In this document: piece by piece, positions 8,412 to 17,054 of the stretch
Layout: each line of letters begins with the position of its first letter
Position numbering within the stretch: position 1 is the stretch's first letter
Virus record (IMG/VR): IMGVR_UViG_3300028394_000035
From: a virus
Strand: one strand, 5' to 3'
DNA length: 64,000 bases
The notes under the pieces: generated by a model
Databases searched by the model: none
What the model was told of the DNA's origin: nothing
The model's input: only the letters and a program-made list of their open reading frames with translations
Made by a program: the position numbers and the translations under genes

Positions 8412-8948
8412 ATGGAAAACAAATACCCCAAATTATCTCTTCAAGATTTAACAAAAGGAGTCAATTTTTCTGCTAAAGAAATATTGGAATATAAAGAGAT
8501 AATAGATAAATTGAATAAAATTGCCGAAGAAAATCCAGAATATATTGACCATCTAAGAGAAAGATATCCCAAAAATGATCCAAGACTTTCTCAAATTAGA
8601 TATAAATTGGATGGAATGCTTTCAGCATCCGATGAATATATTGATACACATTTTCCAGAAAATGAAAAATTATTTAAAAAACTTCAACAATCTATTAAAA
8701 GAAATATCAAACTTACTGATCCAAAGAATTTTAAAAATACTACAAAAGTAATAACATTTTTTAAATTGAATTCTGTAGAATATGTAACAAAAAATGCTTC
8801 TGAGATTAAAAAGAGAATATATCTTCCAAAAAATAAAAACAAAAGTGTCGCTAGATTTTTTAAAAAAGAAAAACAAAAAAATAAAATTGAAGAAAAACTC
8901 AAAATACTTAATAAAGAATTAAAAAAAACTGGAATGAGTTTAGAATAA
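8412..8948 (+). CDS. Hypothetical Lys-rich protein
   Basis: 178-aa ORF, in frame with the upstream ORF and separated from it by TAA AAA. Confidence 0.65.
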   Translation: MENKYPKLSLQDLTKGVNFSAKEILEYKEIIDKLNKIAEENPEYIDHLRERYPKNDPRLSQIRYKLDGMLSASDEYIDTHFPENEKLFKKLQQSIKRNIKLTDPKNFKNTTKVITFFKLNSVEYVTKNASEIKKRIYLPKNKNKSVARFFKKEKQKNKIEEKLKILNKELKKTGMSLE

Positions 8949-8979
8949 ATATCTTCATAGAAAGTATCTAAGGTAAATA

Positions 8980-9894
8980 GTGTCTGATAATCATATAGAA
9001 TCACAACTTTCTGATTTCTTTTCCTTAATTGGAAGTGAAAAAAGAAAACAAAAAGAAGAAATGGATTCTCTGATTGGAGACTCATTTGAAAAACTTTTCT
9101 GGGAGCAACTTAAACCTCATAAAACCCCAGAGCAATTAGCAAAGAAGCATAAGGTTCCTCTACCTCAAATCAAAAATCAACTCAAAAAAGGAACAAAAGT
9201 AGAGAAAGAACATACAAAAAATATAGAATTAGCAACTACCATAGCATCTCAACATATTGATGAGTTGCCGGATTATTATGACCGTTTATCAAAAGCAGAA
9301 AAGAAACCAATCAAAGAAGAAGTTATTACTGAAGGTCTCTTAAATATTCTACCACAAGAAAAAACATTAGACCCTCTCACACCTCTTAATCAAAACTTTG
9401 CAACACTTGATGACTTACAAAATCATTATAAACTTTTTCTTAATCGTATTCAGCAACAACTTTCTACATTAGGTGGTGGTGGTGAAACTCGTTTAGAATT
9501 TCTTGACGATGTTGATAGAAATACTGCAAAGACCGATAATTATTTTCTCAAATATAATGCGTCTCTGAATAAGTGGGTAGGAGACGCTGCTGATGGTGTT
9601 GGTATTACAAGTATTGTATCCATCACAGGAGTTACTACATACTATCAGGCAACAGATACTGATGATTATATTGGAGTAAATGCAAGTGTTCCTGTAACAA
9701 TAGTTCTTCCAACATCTCCAAGTATAGGTAAAAAAATCATCGTCAAAGACGAGGGAAATAATATATCTACATATAGTATTACAGTTCAAGCAGGTATTGG
9801 TAAAAGTGTTGAGAATGATACTTCGGTGATTATGAATATCAATCACCAATCCCTAACTTATTTTTATAATAATTCTAACTGGTTTTTAATCTAA
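8980..9894 (+). CDS. Probable virion protein with an internal DUF5661-like domain
   Basis: GTKVEKEHT...IASQHIDELPDYYDRL resembles DUF5661; QQQLSTLGGGGETRLEFLDD segment; beta-rich C-terminus. Confidence 0.65.
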   Translation: MSDNHIESQLSDFFSLIGSEKRKQKEEMDSLIGDSFEKLFWEQLKPHKTPEQLAKKHKVPLPQIKNQLKKGTKVEKEHTKNIELATTIASQHIDELPDYYDRLSKAEKKPIKEEVITEGLLNILPQEKTLDPLTPLNQNFATLDDLQNHYKLFLNRIQQQLSTLGGGGETRLEFLDDVDRNTAKTDNYFLKYNASLNKWVGDAADGVGITSIVSITGVTTYYQATDTDDYIGVNASVPVTIVLPTSPSIGKKIIVKDEGNNISTYSITVQAGIGKSVENDTSVIMNINHQSLTYFYNNSNWFLI

Positions 9895-9895
9895 T

Positions 9896-10723
9896 ATGTC
9901 ATATAATCCTCTTCCCCAACCATCACAATCTGTAATTCTTACAGGTGCAGGAAATACATTAGTAAGTTTTGCTAATCCATTTCCAGTATCATTAGGTTCT
10001 TCTAATATTACAATTACTGGTGACGTAAATGTAGGAACAACAGTATCAGTCACAAGTACTCCACAAGACCCAGTACATACTCATATTACAGAAGTTGGTT
10101 CAAGTGGAATTTTACAAAACTTGGGTGTTCCTTATATACCTGTTGGTGTTGGAACAGTAAATCTAAATCTTTCATATCTTCCAGTAGGTATATCAACTTT
10201 TAATAATACTATAATTATTGAAGAACCTGCAGGAAGTTTATATGCCTTTAACAATCACGCAACACATACAAATCGTGGTTGGACTATGGATGATACAATG
10301 AGACCTGTAATGAGTATTAGAGTGAATAGTTCTGGAACTACTACATCAGACTTGGCAGAAATTGTTGATTATCAACTTGGAAATAATAATGCAAATCAAA
10401 GCACTATCATCTATGAGTGGTATGAAGGTAATATTAATATTGCTGGAGCAGCAATTCCTGATTGGACTTCATTAGGAACAAAATTACAATATAGAATATA
10501 TCAAGATAAGTATAGTAGTAATGCGGGAAATACCTTCACACAAAATAGTTCTATTTTAAGACATACTGGAATTGTTATTGGAAAAAATGCTGATAGTGAT
10601 GAGGGCCCGTCAACTTTATATGGAGGAGCAACTCCAAATATGCTCACTCTTTGTATAAGAAGAGTTGATAATGCAACAAAATTGGATATTTGGTTTGCTT
10701 TTACTTGTAAGGAATTATCGTAA
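9896..10723 (+). CDS. Hypothetical, probable virion structural protein
   Basis: 275-aa Thr/Ser/Gly-rich beta-type composition. Confidence 0.65.
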   Translation: MSYNPLPQPSQSVILTGAGNTLVSFANPFPVSLGSSNITITGDVNVGTTVSVTSTPQDPVHTHITEVGSSGILQNLGVPYIPVGVGTVNLNLSYLPVGISTFNNTIIIEEPAGSLYAFNNHATHTNRGWTMDDTMRPVMSIRVNSSGTTTSDLAEIVDYQLGNNNANQSTIIYEWYEGNINIAGAAIPDWTSLGTKLQYRIYQDKYSSNAGNTFTQNSSILRHTGIVIGKNADSDEGPSTLYGGATPNMLTLCIRRVDNATKLDIWFAFTCKELS

Positions 10724-10739
10724 ATATTAATTATTACTT

Positions 10740-10900
10740 ATTGACCTTTTATTACAAAAGATAAGGGAAAAAAGAGAACATCAAGTTTTTTCTCAAGAAA
10801 GTTTGGATAAAAGAAGTGAAAGTATGAAGAAGCACTGCCAGTCTCATACTTGGTCCAGAAAAAATAAAGATGAGTATTTATGCTGATTGACCTTTTATTA
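10740..10900 (+). repeat. 15-bp direct repeat flanking a 131-bp segment
   Basis: ATTGACCTTTTATTA at 10740-10754 and 10886-10900. Confidence 0.85.
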
Positions 10901-10920
10901 AGATTGTATTATACTAAATA
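10887..10920 (+). promoter_or_regulatory. psbA promoter (sigma70 plus late motif)
   Basis: TTGACC (10887-10892), 17 nt, TATACT (10910-10915); CTAAATA at 10914-10920. Confidence 0.75.
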
Positions 10921-11079
10921 AGTTAGGAAATGAAGATAAAACTTTACGATTCCTCACATTCCCGCTAACCAAGACCTATGGGAATTCAAATACGTCTTTT
11001 TACCTACACTGGAGGGTGGTGTAGGAATATCGTCACCAGTTCGTTCCCCCGAACTCATATTTACTACCCTTTTAATTCA
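10921..11079 (+). ncRNA. Structured psbA 5' leader, probably a PhotoRC-II-type cis-regulatory RNA
   Basis: Stems ATTCCC/GGGAAT around CTAACCAAGACC, CCTACAC/GTGTAGG (11003-11025) and AGTTCG/CGAACT; position matches the known PhotoRC-II motif. Confidence 0.6.
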
Positions 11080-12165
11080 ATGACTACTGCTACAATTGCT
11101 ACACGCTCTAATACTACTAATTTATGGAATCATTTCTGTGAGTGGGTAACCTCAACTGACAATCGTTTATATGTTGGTTGGTTTGGTGTATTGTGTATTC
11201 CAACATTACTTGCTGCTACTGTATGTTTCATTATTGCCTTCATCGGTGCTCCTCCTGTGGACATAGATGGTATTCGTGAACCTGTCGCTGGATCTTTACT
11301 CTATGGAAACAACATTATCTCAGGAGCCGTTGTCCCCTCCTCCAATGCAATCGGACTACATTTCTATCCAATTTGGGAAGCTGCTTCCCTTGATGAATGG
11401 CTCTACAATGGGGGTCCGTTCCAACTCGTCGTGTTCCACTTCCTCATTGGCATCTATGCTTACATGGGACGAGAATGGGAACTTAGCTATCGATTAGGTA
11501 TGCGTCCTTGGATCTGTATTGCGTATTCAGCACCAGTTGCTGCTGCCTCTGCTGTATTCCTTGTGTATCCTTTTGGTCAAGGTTCTTTTAGTGATGCGAT
11601 GCCTTTGGGTATCTCAGGCACATTCAACTATATGTTGGTATTCCAGGCAGAACACAACATCCTTATGCACCCTTTTCATATGATGGGAGTTGCTGGTGTC
11701 TTCGGTGGTTCATTATTCTCTGCGATGCATGGTTCACTTGTAACCTCTTCATTGGTTCGTGAAACCACAGAAACCGAAAGTCAGAACTACGGTTATAAGT
11801 TTGGACAAGAAGAAGAGACCTATAATATTGTTGCTGCTCACGGATACTTTGGAAGACTTATTTTCCAATATGCTTCGTTCAACAACTCACGTTCACTTCA
11901 CTTCTTCCTTGCTGCCTGGCCTGTTGTAGGCATCTGGTTCACTGCTCTTGGTGTATCCACGATGGCATTCAACCTTAATGGATTTAATTTTAACCAGTCT
12001 ATCGTTGATAGTCAGGGACGTGTTGTAAACACCTGGGCTGATATTCTTAATCGTGCTGGTCTCGGTTTAGAAGTGATGCATGAAAGAAATGCACATAATT
12101 TTCCTTTGGACCTTGCTGCTGCCGAGTTAACTCCTGTTGCTCTTACTGCACCTGCAATCGGTTGA
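11080..12165 (+). CDS. psbA: Photosystem II D1 protein
   Basis: Full D1 (361 aa) from ATG 11080: [31 protein letters not shown]; no intron. Confidence 0.99.
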   Translation: MTTATIATRSNTTNLWNHFCEWVTSTDNRLYVGWFGVLCIPTLLAATVCFIIAFIGAPPVDIDGIREPVAGSLLYGNNIISGAVVPSSNAIGLHFYPIWEAASLDEWLYNGGPFQLVVFHFLIGIYAYMGREWELSYRLGMRPWICIAYSAPVAAASAVFLVYPFGQGSFSDAMPLGISGTFNYMLVFQAEHNILMHPFHMMGVAGVFGGSLFSAMHGSLVTSSLVRETTETESQNYGYKFGQEEETYNIVAAHGYFGRLIFQYASFNNSRSLHFFLAAWPVVGIWFTALGVSTMAFNLNGFNFNQSIVDSQGRVVNTWADILNRAGLGLEVMHERNAHNFPLDLAAAELTPVALTAPAIG

Positions 12166-12186
12166 TCTAAAAACATGTTATAATAA

Positions 12187-12212
12187 AGGGGTCTTATAAG
12201 ACCCCTATTTTT
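12187..12212 (+). terminator. Intrinsic terminator after psbA
   Basis: AGGGGTCTT-AT-AAGACCCCT followed by ATTTTTT. Confidence 0.85.
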
Positions 12213-12266
12213 TCCACTGAATTGTAAAGTTTTATGATAGGCAACTTATCCCCAGAGGATCGTGTA

Positions 12267-12476
12267 ATGACGGGACTACCTGAATTTTTTGAACAAACTT
12301 CAAATGAACCTTATGTGAGACATGACTATAAGTTATGCTATACAACAGGAAAAACAGAAGTTTATAGTGACTACGAAGATCTTAGAAATGCCTGGTGGAA
12401 TATTCCTGATGTTCTGAGATCTCATTGCGAAGTCTTAGATAAAAAAACAAAACAAAAATCAAAAGGATTTAATTAA
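12267..12476 (+). CDS. Small hypothetical protein between psbA and psbD
   Basis: ATG at 12267 with GAGGA RBS (alternative start 12234); the stop abuts the psbD ATG. Confidence 0.7.
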   Translation: MTGLPEFFEQTSNEPYVRHDYKLCYTTGKTEVYSDYEDLRNAWWNIPDVLRSHCEVLDKKTKQKSKGFN

Positions 12477-13538
12477 ATGACATCATCAACACTTTCATTT
12501 CCAAATCAACAACGAGGATGGTTCGATGTACTCGACGACTGGCTTAAACGGGATCGTTTCATATTTGTTGGATGGTCTGGACTCCTTCTTTTTCCCACTG
12601 CTTATCTTGCTCTTGGTGGTTGGTTGACTGGAACTTCGTTTGTTTCATCGTGGTATACGCACGGTATTGCTTCTAGTTATTTGGAAGGTTGCAACTTCTT
12701 AACATCTGCAGTATCGACCCCAGCAGATTCTATGGGTCATTCTCTTATGCTTCTCTGGGGTCCTGAAGCTCAGGGCGATATTGTCAGGTGGTTCCAACTT
12801 GGTGGACTTTGGCCCTTTGTTGCTCTCCACGGTGCCTTCAGTCTGATCGGGTTTATGCTACGTCAGTTTGAAATTTCACGTTTAGTGGGAATCAGACCAT
12901 ATAATGCTATTGCGTTCTCTGGTCCTATTGCTGTATTCGTTTCAGTATTTCTCATCTATCCACTGGGACAATCCAGTTGGTTCTTTGCTCCAAGTTTTGG
13001 AGTGGCAGCAATCTTTAGATTTCTTTTATTCCTTCAAGGTTTCCACAACTGGACGCTTAATCCTTTCCACATGATGGGAGTAGCGGGCATCCTTGGTGGA
13101 GCATTGCTCTGTGCTATTCATGGAGCAACAGTTGAAAACACTTTATTTGAGGATGGAGATGGTGCAAACACTTTCAAGGCTTTTGAACCGACTCAAGAGG
13201 AAGAGACGTACTCTATGGTTACTGCTAACAGATTCTGGAGTCAGATCTTCGGTGTTGCTTTTAGTAATAAACGTTGGTTGCACTTTTTTATGCTTTTCGT
13301 TCCAGTTATGGGTCTCTGGGTTAGTTCTATTGGTATCATCGGTCTTGCACTTAATTTACGTGCATACGACTTTGTTAGTCAGGAGATTAGAGCGGCAGAG
13401 GACCCAGAGTTTGAGACGTTCTACACAAAAAATATCCTCCTTAATGAAGGTCTTAGAGCATGGTTATCAACAGCAGACCAACCTCATGAAAACTTCAACT
13501 TTCCCGAAGAAGTGATGCCAAGAGGGAATGCCTTATAA
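12477..13538 (+). CDS. psbD: Photosystem II D2 protein
   Basis: [28 protein letters not shown]-terminus. Confidence 0.99.
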   Translation: MTSSTLSFPNQQRGWFDVLDDWLKRDRFIFVGWSGLLLFPTAYLALGGWLTGTSFVSSWYTHGIASSYLEGCNFLTSAVSTPADSMGHSLMLLWGPEAQGDIVRWFQLGGLWPFVALHGAFSLIGFMLRQFEISRLVGIRPYNAIAFSGPIAVFVSVFLIYPLGQSSWFFAPSFGVAAIFRFLLFLQGFHNWTLNPFHMMGVAGILGGALLCAIHGATVENTLFEDGDGANTFKAFEPTQEEETYSMVTANRFWSQIFGVAFSNKRWLHFFMLFVPVMGLWVSSIGIIGLALNLRAYDFVSQEIRAAEDPEFETFYTKNILLNEGLRAWLSTADQPHENFNFPEEVMPRGNAL

Positions 13539-13575
13539 AATACTCAAATTAAAAACGGAAGGTTAAATCCAAAAA

Positions 13576-13603
13576 TGGGGGGAAAAAATCTCCCCAAAAA
13601 TTT
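13576..13603 (+). terminator. G/C hairpin in A/T tracts after psbD (probable terminator)
   Basis: TGGGGGGA-AAAAA-TCTCCCCA, then AAAATTTT. Confidence 0.5.
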
Positions 13604-13653
13604 TACTCCAAAGAGTTTTTCATAATAATAAATAATGACAGATGCTTTCCTAA

Positions 13654-14025
13654 ATGGAACTCTATAATTCTTCTTCGGACTACTTGTTTAATTTACAAGC
13701 AACAAGTTCATCAGATGCAAAGAGAATGTGGAGACAATCAATCAAAGATAAATGGAAACATAAATGTGCTTATTGTGAAAGCACAGAATATCTAACAATA
13801 GACCATATAGTTCCGCAATCAAAAGGTGGAAGTGACTTTATTACAAATGTATTATGTTGTTGTAGAAGGTGTAATAACTCTAAGTCTCATATCAATTGGG
13901 AAGAGTGGTATGCCGAACAAGATTTCTTTACAGAAGAACGATATGATGTTATAATGAAATGGATGAAACCACAAACGAATTCTAATCTATATAAGTACAA
14001 ACCAAGAATGAATACGTCAACTTAA
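13654..14025 (+). CDS. HNH endonuclease
   Basis: CAYC...TIDHIVPQSKGG...NVLCCCRRCNNSKS; ATAAATA at 13628-13634. Confidence 0.9.
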   Translation: MELYNSSSDYLFNLQATSSSDAKRMWRQSIKDKWKHKCAYCESTEYLTIDHIVPQSKGGSDFITNVLCCCRRCNNSKSHINWEEWYAEQDFFTEERYDVIMKWMKPQTNSNLYKYKPRMNTST

Positions 14026-14117
14026 TGGAATCTGAAAGTTTTATGCCCTTATTACACGTAAGGGCATTTATTATCTCAAATCTAGCAATTATTATCCCTA
14101 TTCTTTTTATCTTATGA
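14025..14117 (+). CDS. Possible 30-aa hydrophobic peptide
   Basis: MESESFMPLLHVRAFIISNLAIIIPILFIL; TAATG overlap at the start and ATGA overlap at the end. Confidence 0.4.
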   Translation: MESESFMPLLHVRAFIISNLAIIIPILFIL

Positions 14118-14362
14118 CTTTTGTAGTTTATTCGAAAAGGCTTTGTCCTTATTGTGATAAAATTAAACAAATTTTAGAACACGTATCAGTAGAGAAAGGA
14201 CATTCGGTAGTCATTTATGATTTGAATACTCATTTTAATAAAGATGAGTTTTATGCTGAATTTGGAGAAGGTTCAACCTTTCCCCAAGTAGTTTGTGATG
14301 AAAAACATCTTGGCGGATGTTCAGATACAATTAAGCATCTACAAGAACATAATATGCTATAA
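14114..14362 (+). CDS. Glutaredoxin
   Basis: CPYC active site, TFPQV, and LGGCSD motifs. Confidence 0.93.
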   Translation: MTFVVYSKRLCPYCDKIKQILEHVSVEKGHSVVIYDLNTHFNKDEFYAEFGEGSTFPQVVCDEKHLGGCSDTIKHLQEHNML

Positions 14363-14547
14363 TGTCTTCTATAAATAAGAATGTAGACCACGATGTAAAT
14401 CGTGGCGTAGAACTAATGCTTCGCAGGAGGGAGAAAACGGTTCCAGAAGAACTTCCACTACAAAGGTTCAATTTTGGCAAAGTTTTTTCTCTTTTTCAAA
14501 GGGAAATACGATTTAATTTTGAACTTTCTGTAATTCGTAAAACGTAA
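14362..14547 (+). CDS. Small hypothetical cyanophage protein
   Basis: 61-aa ORF coupled by TAATG; NRGVELMLRRR motif. Confidence 0.65.
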   Translation: MSSINKNVDHDVNRGVELMLRRREKTVPEELPLQRFNFGKVFSLFQREIRFNFELSVIRKT

Positions 14548-14565
14548 ATCTCTCGGAGAAATAAA

Positions 14566-14805
14566 ATGACCGCACCAGAACTCACCTTATTTTGTTTAGT
14601 TAGTTTTTTATTTTTATGTGTTGGTGGAGTTATCGGTTGGTTAGCAAAAAATCATTCCTTCGAAACGGAACCAAGAAATAGTGGTTGGTTACATCCTGAA
14701 TTTTTTGATTCTGATGGAAATGTAATTCCCGATGAAGTAATTTCAGTCAAATTTCAAGAAGGATATTTTGATAATGATGAAGATGACGAAGATGATGACG
14801 AATAG
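14566..14805 (+). CDS. Single-TM hypothetical protein with acidic tail
   Basis: N-terminal hydrophobic helix, HPEFFDSDGNVIPDE, poly-D/E end; GGAG RBS. Confidence 0.75.
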   Translation: MTAPELTLFCLVSFLFLCVGGVIGWLAKNHSFETEPRNSGWLHPEFFDSDGNVIPDEVISVKFQEGYFDNDEDDEDDDE

Positions 14806-14842
14806 ATAGATACTATATAAAATATATTGAATTTATAAAAAA

Positions 14843-15439
14843 ATGACAATGACAACAGTAACAAAAAAAGTCACAATACCAAAAACCAAGGAAGTTTTAC
14901 TTGATCTTCCTTCAAATCCATTTGTATTTGAGATTTTTGATCTTGTGAATAAAATGAAAACAGAACAAAAGAAAGTAGAAGTTCTGCAAAAGTATGAGCA
15001 TCCTTCGTTGAAGGCACTTTTTATATGGAACTTCGATGAAAGCGTAATTACAATTCTTCCTCCTGGACAGGTTCCATATTCAAATTTAAAATCTGAACAA
15101 AGATTCAGAGGAACTTTGAGTGATAAAGTTGATAATTTGATAGGCACGATGGATTATAATGAAACTACATCTCTTGGAAATGCTTCTGATTTGACCGAAG
15201 GGCATACTTCAATTCGTAAAGAATTTAAGAGATTTTATAATTTTATTAAAGGTGGGAATGATTCTCTTCCTGCTCTTCGTAAAGAAACGATGTTTATTCA
15301 AATGTTGGAGGGTCTTCATCCACTTGAAGCAGAAATTGTTTGTTTGGTAAAAGATAAAAATCTCCAATCCAAATATAAAATTACAAAAGAAATTGTTTCC
15401 AAGACTTATCCTGATATTGTTTGGGGTGGTCGTAGTTAA
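14843..15439 (+). CDS. Conserved T4-like cyanophage hypothetical protein
   Basis: 198 aa with IWNFDESV and ETMFIQMLEGLHPLEAE motifs. Confidence 0.8.
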   Translation: MTMTTVTKKVTIPKTKEVLLDLPSNPFVFEIFDLVNKMKTEQKKVEVLQKYEHPSLKALFIWNFDESVITILPPGQVPYSNLKSEQRFRGTLSDKVDNLIGTMDYNETTSLGNASDLTEGHTSIRKEFKRFYNFIKGGNDSLPALRKETMFIQMLEGLHPLEAEIVCLVKDKNLQSKYKITKEIVSKTYPDIVWGGRS

Positions 15440-15455
15440 AATAAAGGAGATTAAT

Positions 15456-15704
15456 GTGAAAATTCTACATCAAGATTGTGAAAAATCTCTTTCTAAAAAT
15501 AAAAGCCTACCAATTGATTCATACCTTGTGGCTTATATTTTAGAAGAAGAAACAAAATATGATATAGTCCAATCTGTTTCTCAAGCAGATATCTTTGATT
15601 ATTATTATGACTTATATAAAAATATAATTTCAATTGAATGGACTGATGGTAAAATTAGTCCAAGGCTTTATGGACAAACTAAACCAGAAAAGAAAAAACG
15701 ATAA
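15456..15704 (+). CDS. Hypothetical protein
   Basis: GTG at 15456 preceded by AAGGAG; the track's longer start overlaps the upstream gene. Confidence 0.7.
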   Translation: MKILHQDCEKSLSKNKSLPIDSYLVAYILEEETKYDIVQSVSQADIFDYYYDLYKNIISIEWTDGKISPRLYGQTKPEKKKR

Positions 15705-16414
15705 TGTACGATACTGTCTTCATCTCAGATGTTCACCTCGGAACCGACCGATGTAATATTGATAAGTTTATCAAGTTTCTAAATCAACTTGATACAAAAA
15801 AACTTGTAATGGTCGGAGATATTATAGACATATATTGTATGGAAAAATATAATACTCTATGGAAAACTCAACATACAAAAGCAGTTGAAAAAATTCTAGA
15901 ATTGTCTAGAAAAGGAACAGAAGTTGTTTATATTCTTGGTAATCACGATGCAGTCGCAAGAAAATATGTAAATACCAGTTCTTCTTATTTACATCAAAAT
16001 CTTATCATCTGTGATTCTTATATTCATCACAGCACAAAAAATAGAAAGTTTTTATGTATTCATGGTGATTTTTATTCCGAGTTCTCATCTGGTTCCTGGA
16101 AGCAATATTTTATGAACTGGGGATATGAAACAATCACACCTCTGAATATTTTTCTAAACAAGACTTTTGGTTTTTCTTTGATTAATTTTCTCAAATCAAT
16201 TCCAAGAGGTAAAAAGTTTATTGATAAGTATGAAATGGATTTGATACATCACGTAAGAAAAATTGGAGAATATGATGGTGTGATTGCCGGACATATTCAT
16301 CACGCAAATATTCGTGAGTATCAAGGAACGACTTATATGTGTGCTGGAGATTGGACAGATACTTGTTCTGCACTTGTAGAAAAAGATGGTGTCTTTGAAA
16401 TTATCAAATATTAA
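15704..16414 (+). CDS. Calcineurin-like metallophosphoesterase, UDP-2,3-diacylglucosamine hydrolase (LpxH/YbbF)-like
   Basis: FISDVHLG, VGDIID, GNHD, IHGD and GHIH motifs in the order seen in the LpxH-like family. Confidence 0.85.
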   Translation: MYDTVFISDVHLGTDRCNIDKFIKFLNQLDTKKLVMVGDIIDIYCMEKYNTLWKTQHTKAVEKILELSRKGTEVVYILGNHDAVARKYVNTSSSYLHQNLIICDSYIHHSTKNRKFLCIHGDFYSEFSSGSWKQYFMNWGYETITPLNIFLNKTFGFSLINFLKSIPRGKKFIDKYEMDLIHHVRKIGEYDGVIAGHIHHANIREYQGTTYMCAGDWTDTCSALVEKDGVFEIIKY

Positions 16415-16481
16415 ACTTTTGTGTTGATATCCTAACAAATCATATAAATAAAAATGTGATATAGATTTTTAGGAGGATTTT

Positions 16482-16640
16482 ATGAACAATCTAATTTCTT
16501 ATAATCAGTTAAATGGATGGAAACACATAACTGAACCCAGTGAGCAAAATGATTTGATAGATGATTATTTTAGTTGTTTAATTGAGTGTGATGACGATAC
16601 GCAGTCGTGTAAACGAATATGTAAAGATATTTTAGTTTAA
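16482..16640 (+). CDS. 52-aa protein with twin Cx3C motifs, not in the ORF track
   Basis: MNNLISYNQLNGW...YFSCLIECDDDTQSCKRICKDILV; TATAAATA at 16443-16450 and AGGAGG at 16471-16476. Confidence 0.8.
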   Translation: MNNLISYNQLNGWKHITEPSEQNDLIDDYFSCLIECDDDTQSCKRICKDILV

Positions 16641-16649
16641 TAGAAGATG

Positions 16650-16685
16650 AGAGGGGTTGATGCCCCTCTTTTTTTGTGCTATAAT
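16650..16685 (+). terminator. Intrinsic terminator overlapping a sigma70 promoter
   Basis: AGAGGGG-TTGATG-CCCCTCT followed by a T-tract; TTGATG (16657), 17 nt, TATAAT (16680) with extended -10 TG. Confidence 0.75.
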
Positions 16686-16707
16686 TAAAAAGAAATAATC
16701 AAAGCCT

Positions 16708-16875
16708 ATGAATAGAGACAAACTCAAACTCATCATTAAAAACCTTGAACTTTTAACAGAAACACTCAAAGCAGAAGTGTATTCTGATCCGGGAGCTTAT
16801 GATTACAGTAATGCTTCATCACGCATTGGTGATGTAGAGGACTATGATGAAGTTTTTGAAGATGAGGAAGACTAA
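16708..16875 (+). CDS. Small acidic hypothetical protein (55 aa)
   Basis: MNRDKLKLIIKNLELLTETLKAEVYSD...DYDEVFEDEED. Confidence 0.75.
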   Translation: MNRDKLKLIIKNLELLTETLKAEVYSDPGAYDYSNASSRIGDVEDYDEVFEDEED

Positions 16876-17054
16876 TGAGATATAAAGAAACTATTCGTCT
16901 GGTAAAAAAAGCATTGGATAATCCAAGTCTTTATAGTGCAGAGGAGATTATCTATATGAAAAAAGCACTTGATAATGCGATACTTTTACTTGCCCGTAAA
17001 AAATATAACAAAAAGAAAAAAGGATTTGGTAATTATGAAAACCCCGACAGTTAG
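16875..17054 (+). CDS. Small basic hypothetical protein (59 aa)
   Basis: TAATG coupling; MRYKETIRLVKKALDNPSLYSAEE...KGFG. Confidence 0.7.
   Translation: MRYKETIRLVKKALDNPSLYSAEEIIYMKKALDNAILLLARKKYNKKKKGFGNYENPDS

Noticed and set aside
8670-9085. Phe/Leu-rich minus-strand ORFs
   Set aside because: They are shadows of Lys-rich plus-strand genes.
10978-11079. 34-aa N-terminal extension of D1
   Set aside because: It lies in the structured leader; D1 homology begins at ATG 11080.
11267-13515. Alternative-frame ORFs within psbA and psbD
   Set aside because: They have no RBS or motif, and are expected by chance in GC-richer conserved genes.
16904-16910. A_AAA_AAA slippery run in the small basic ORF
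   Set aside because: The -1 frame hits a stop after about 16 codons, and no stimulatory structure was seen.
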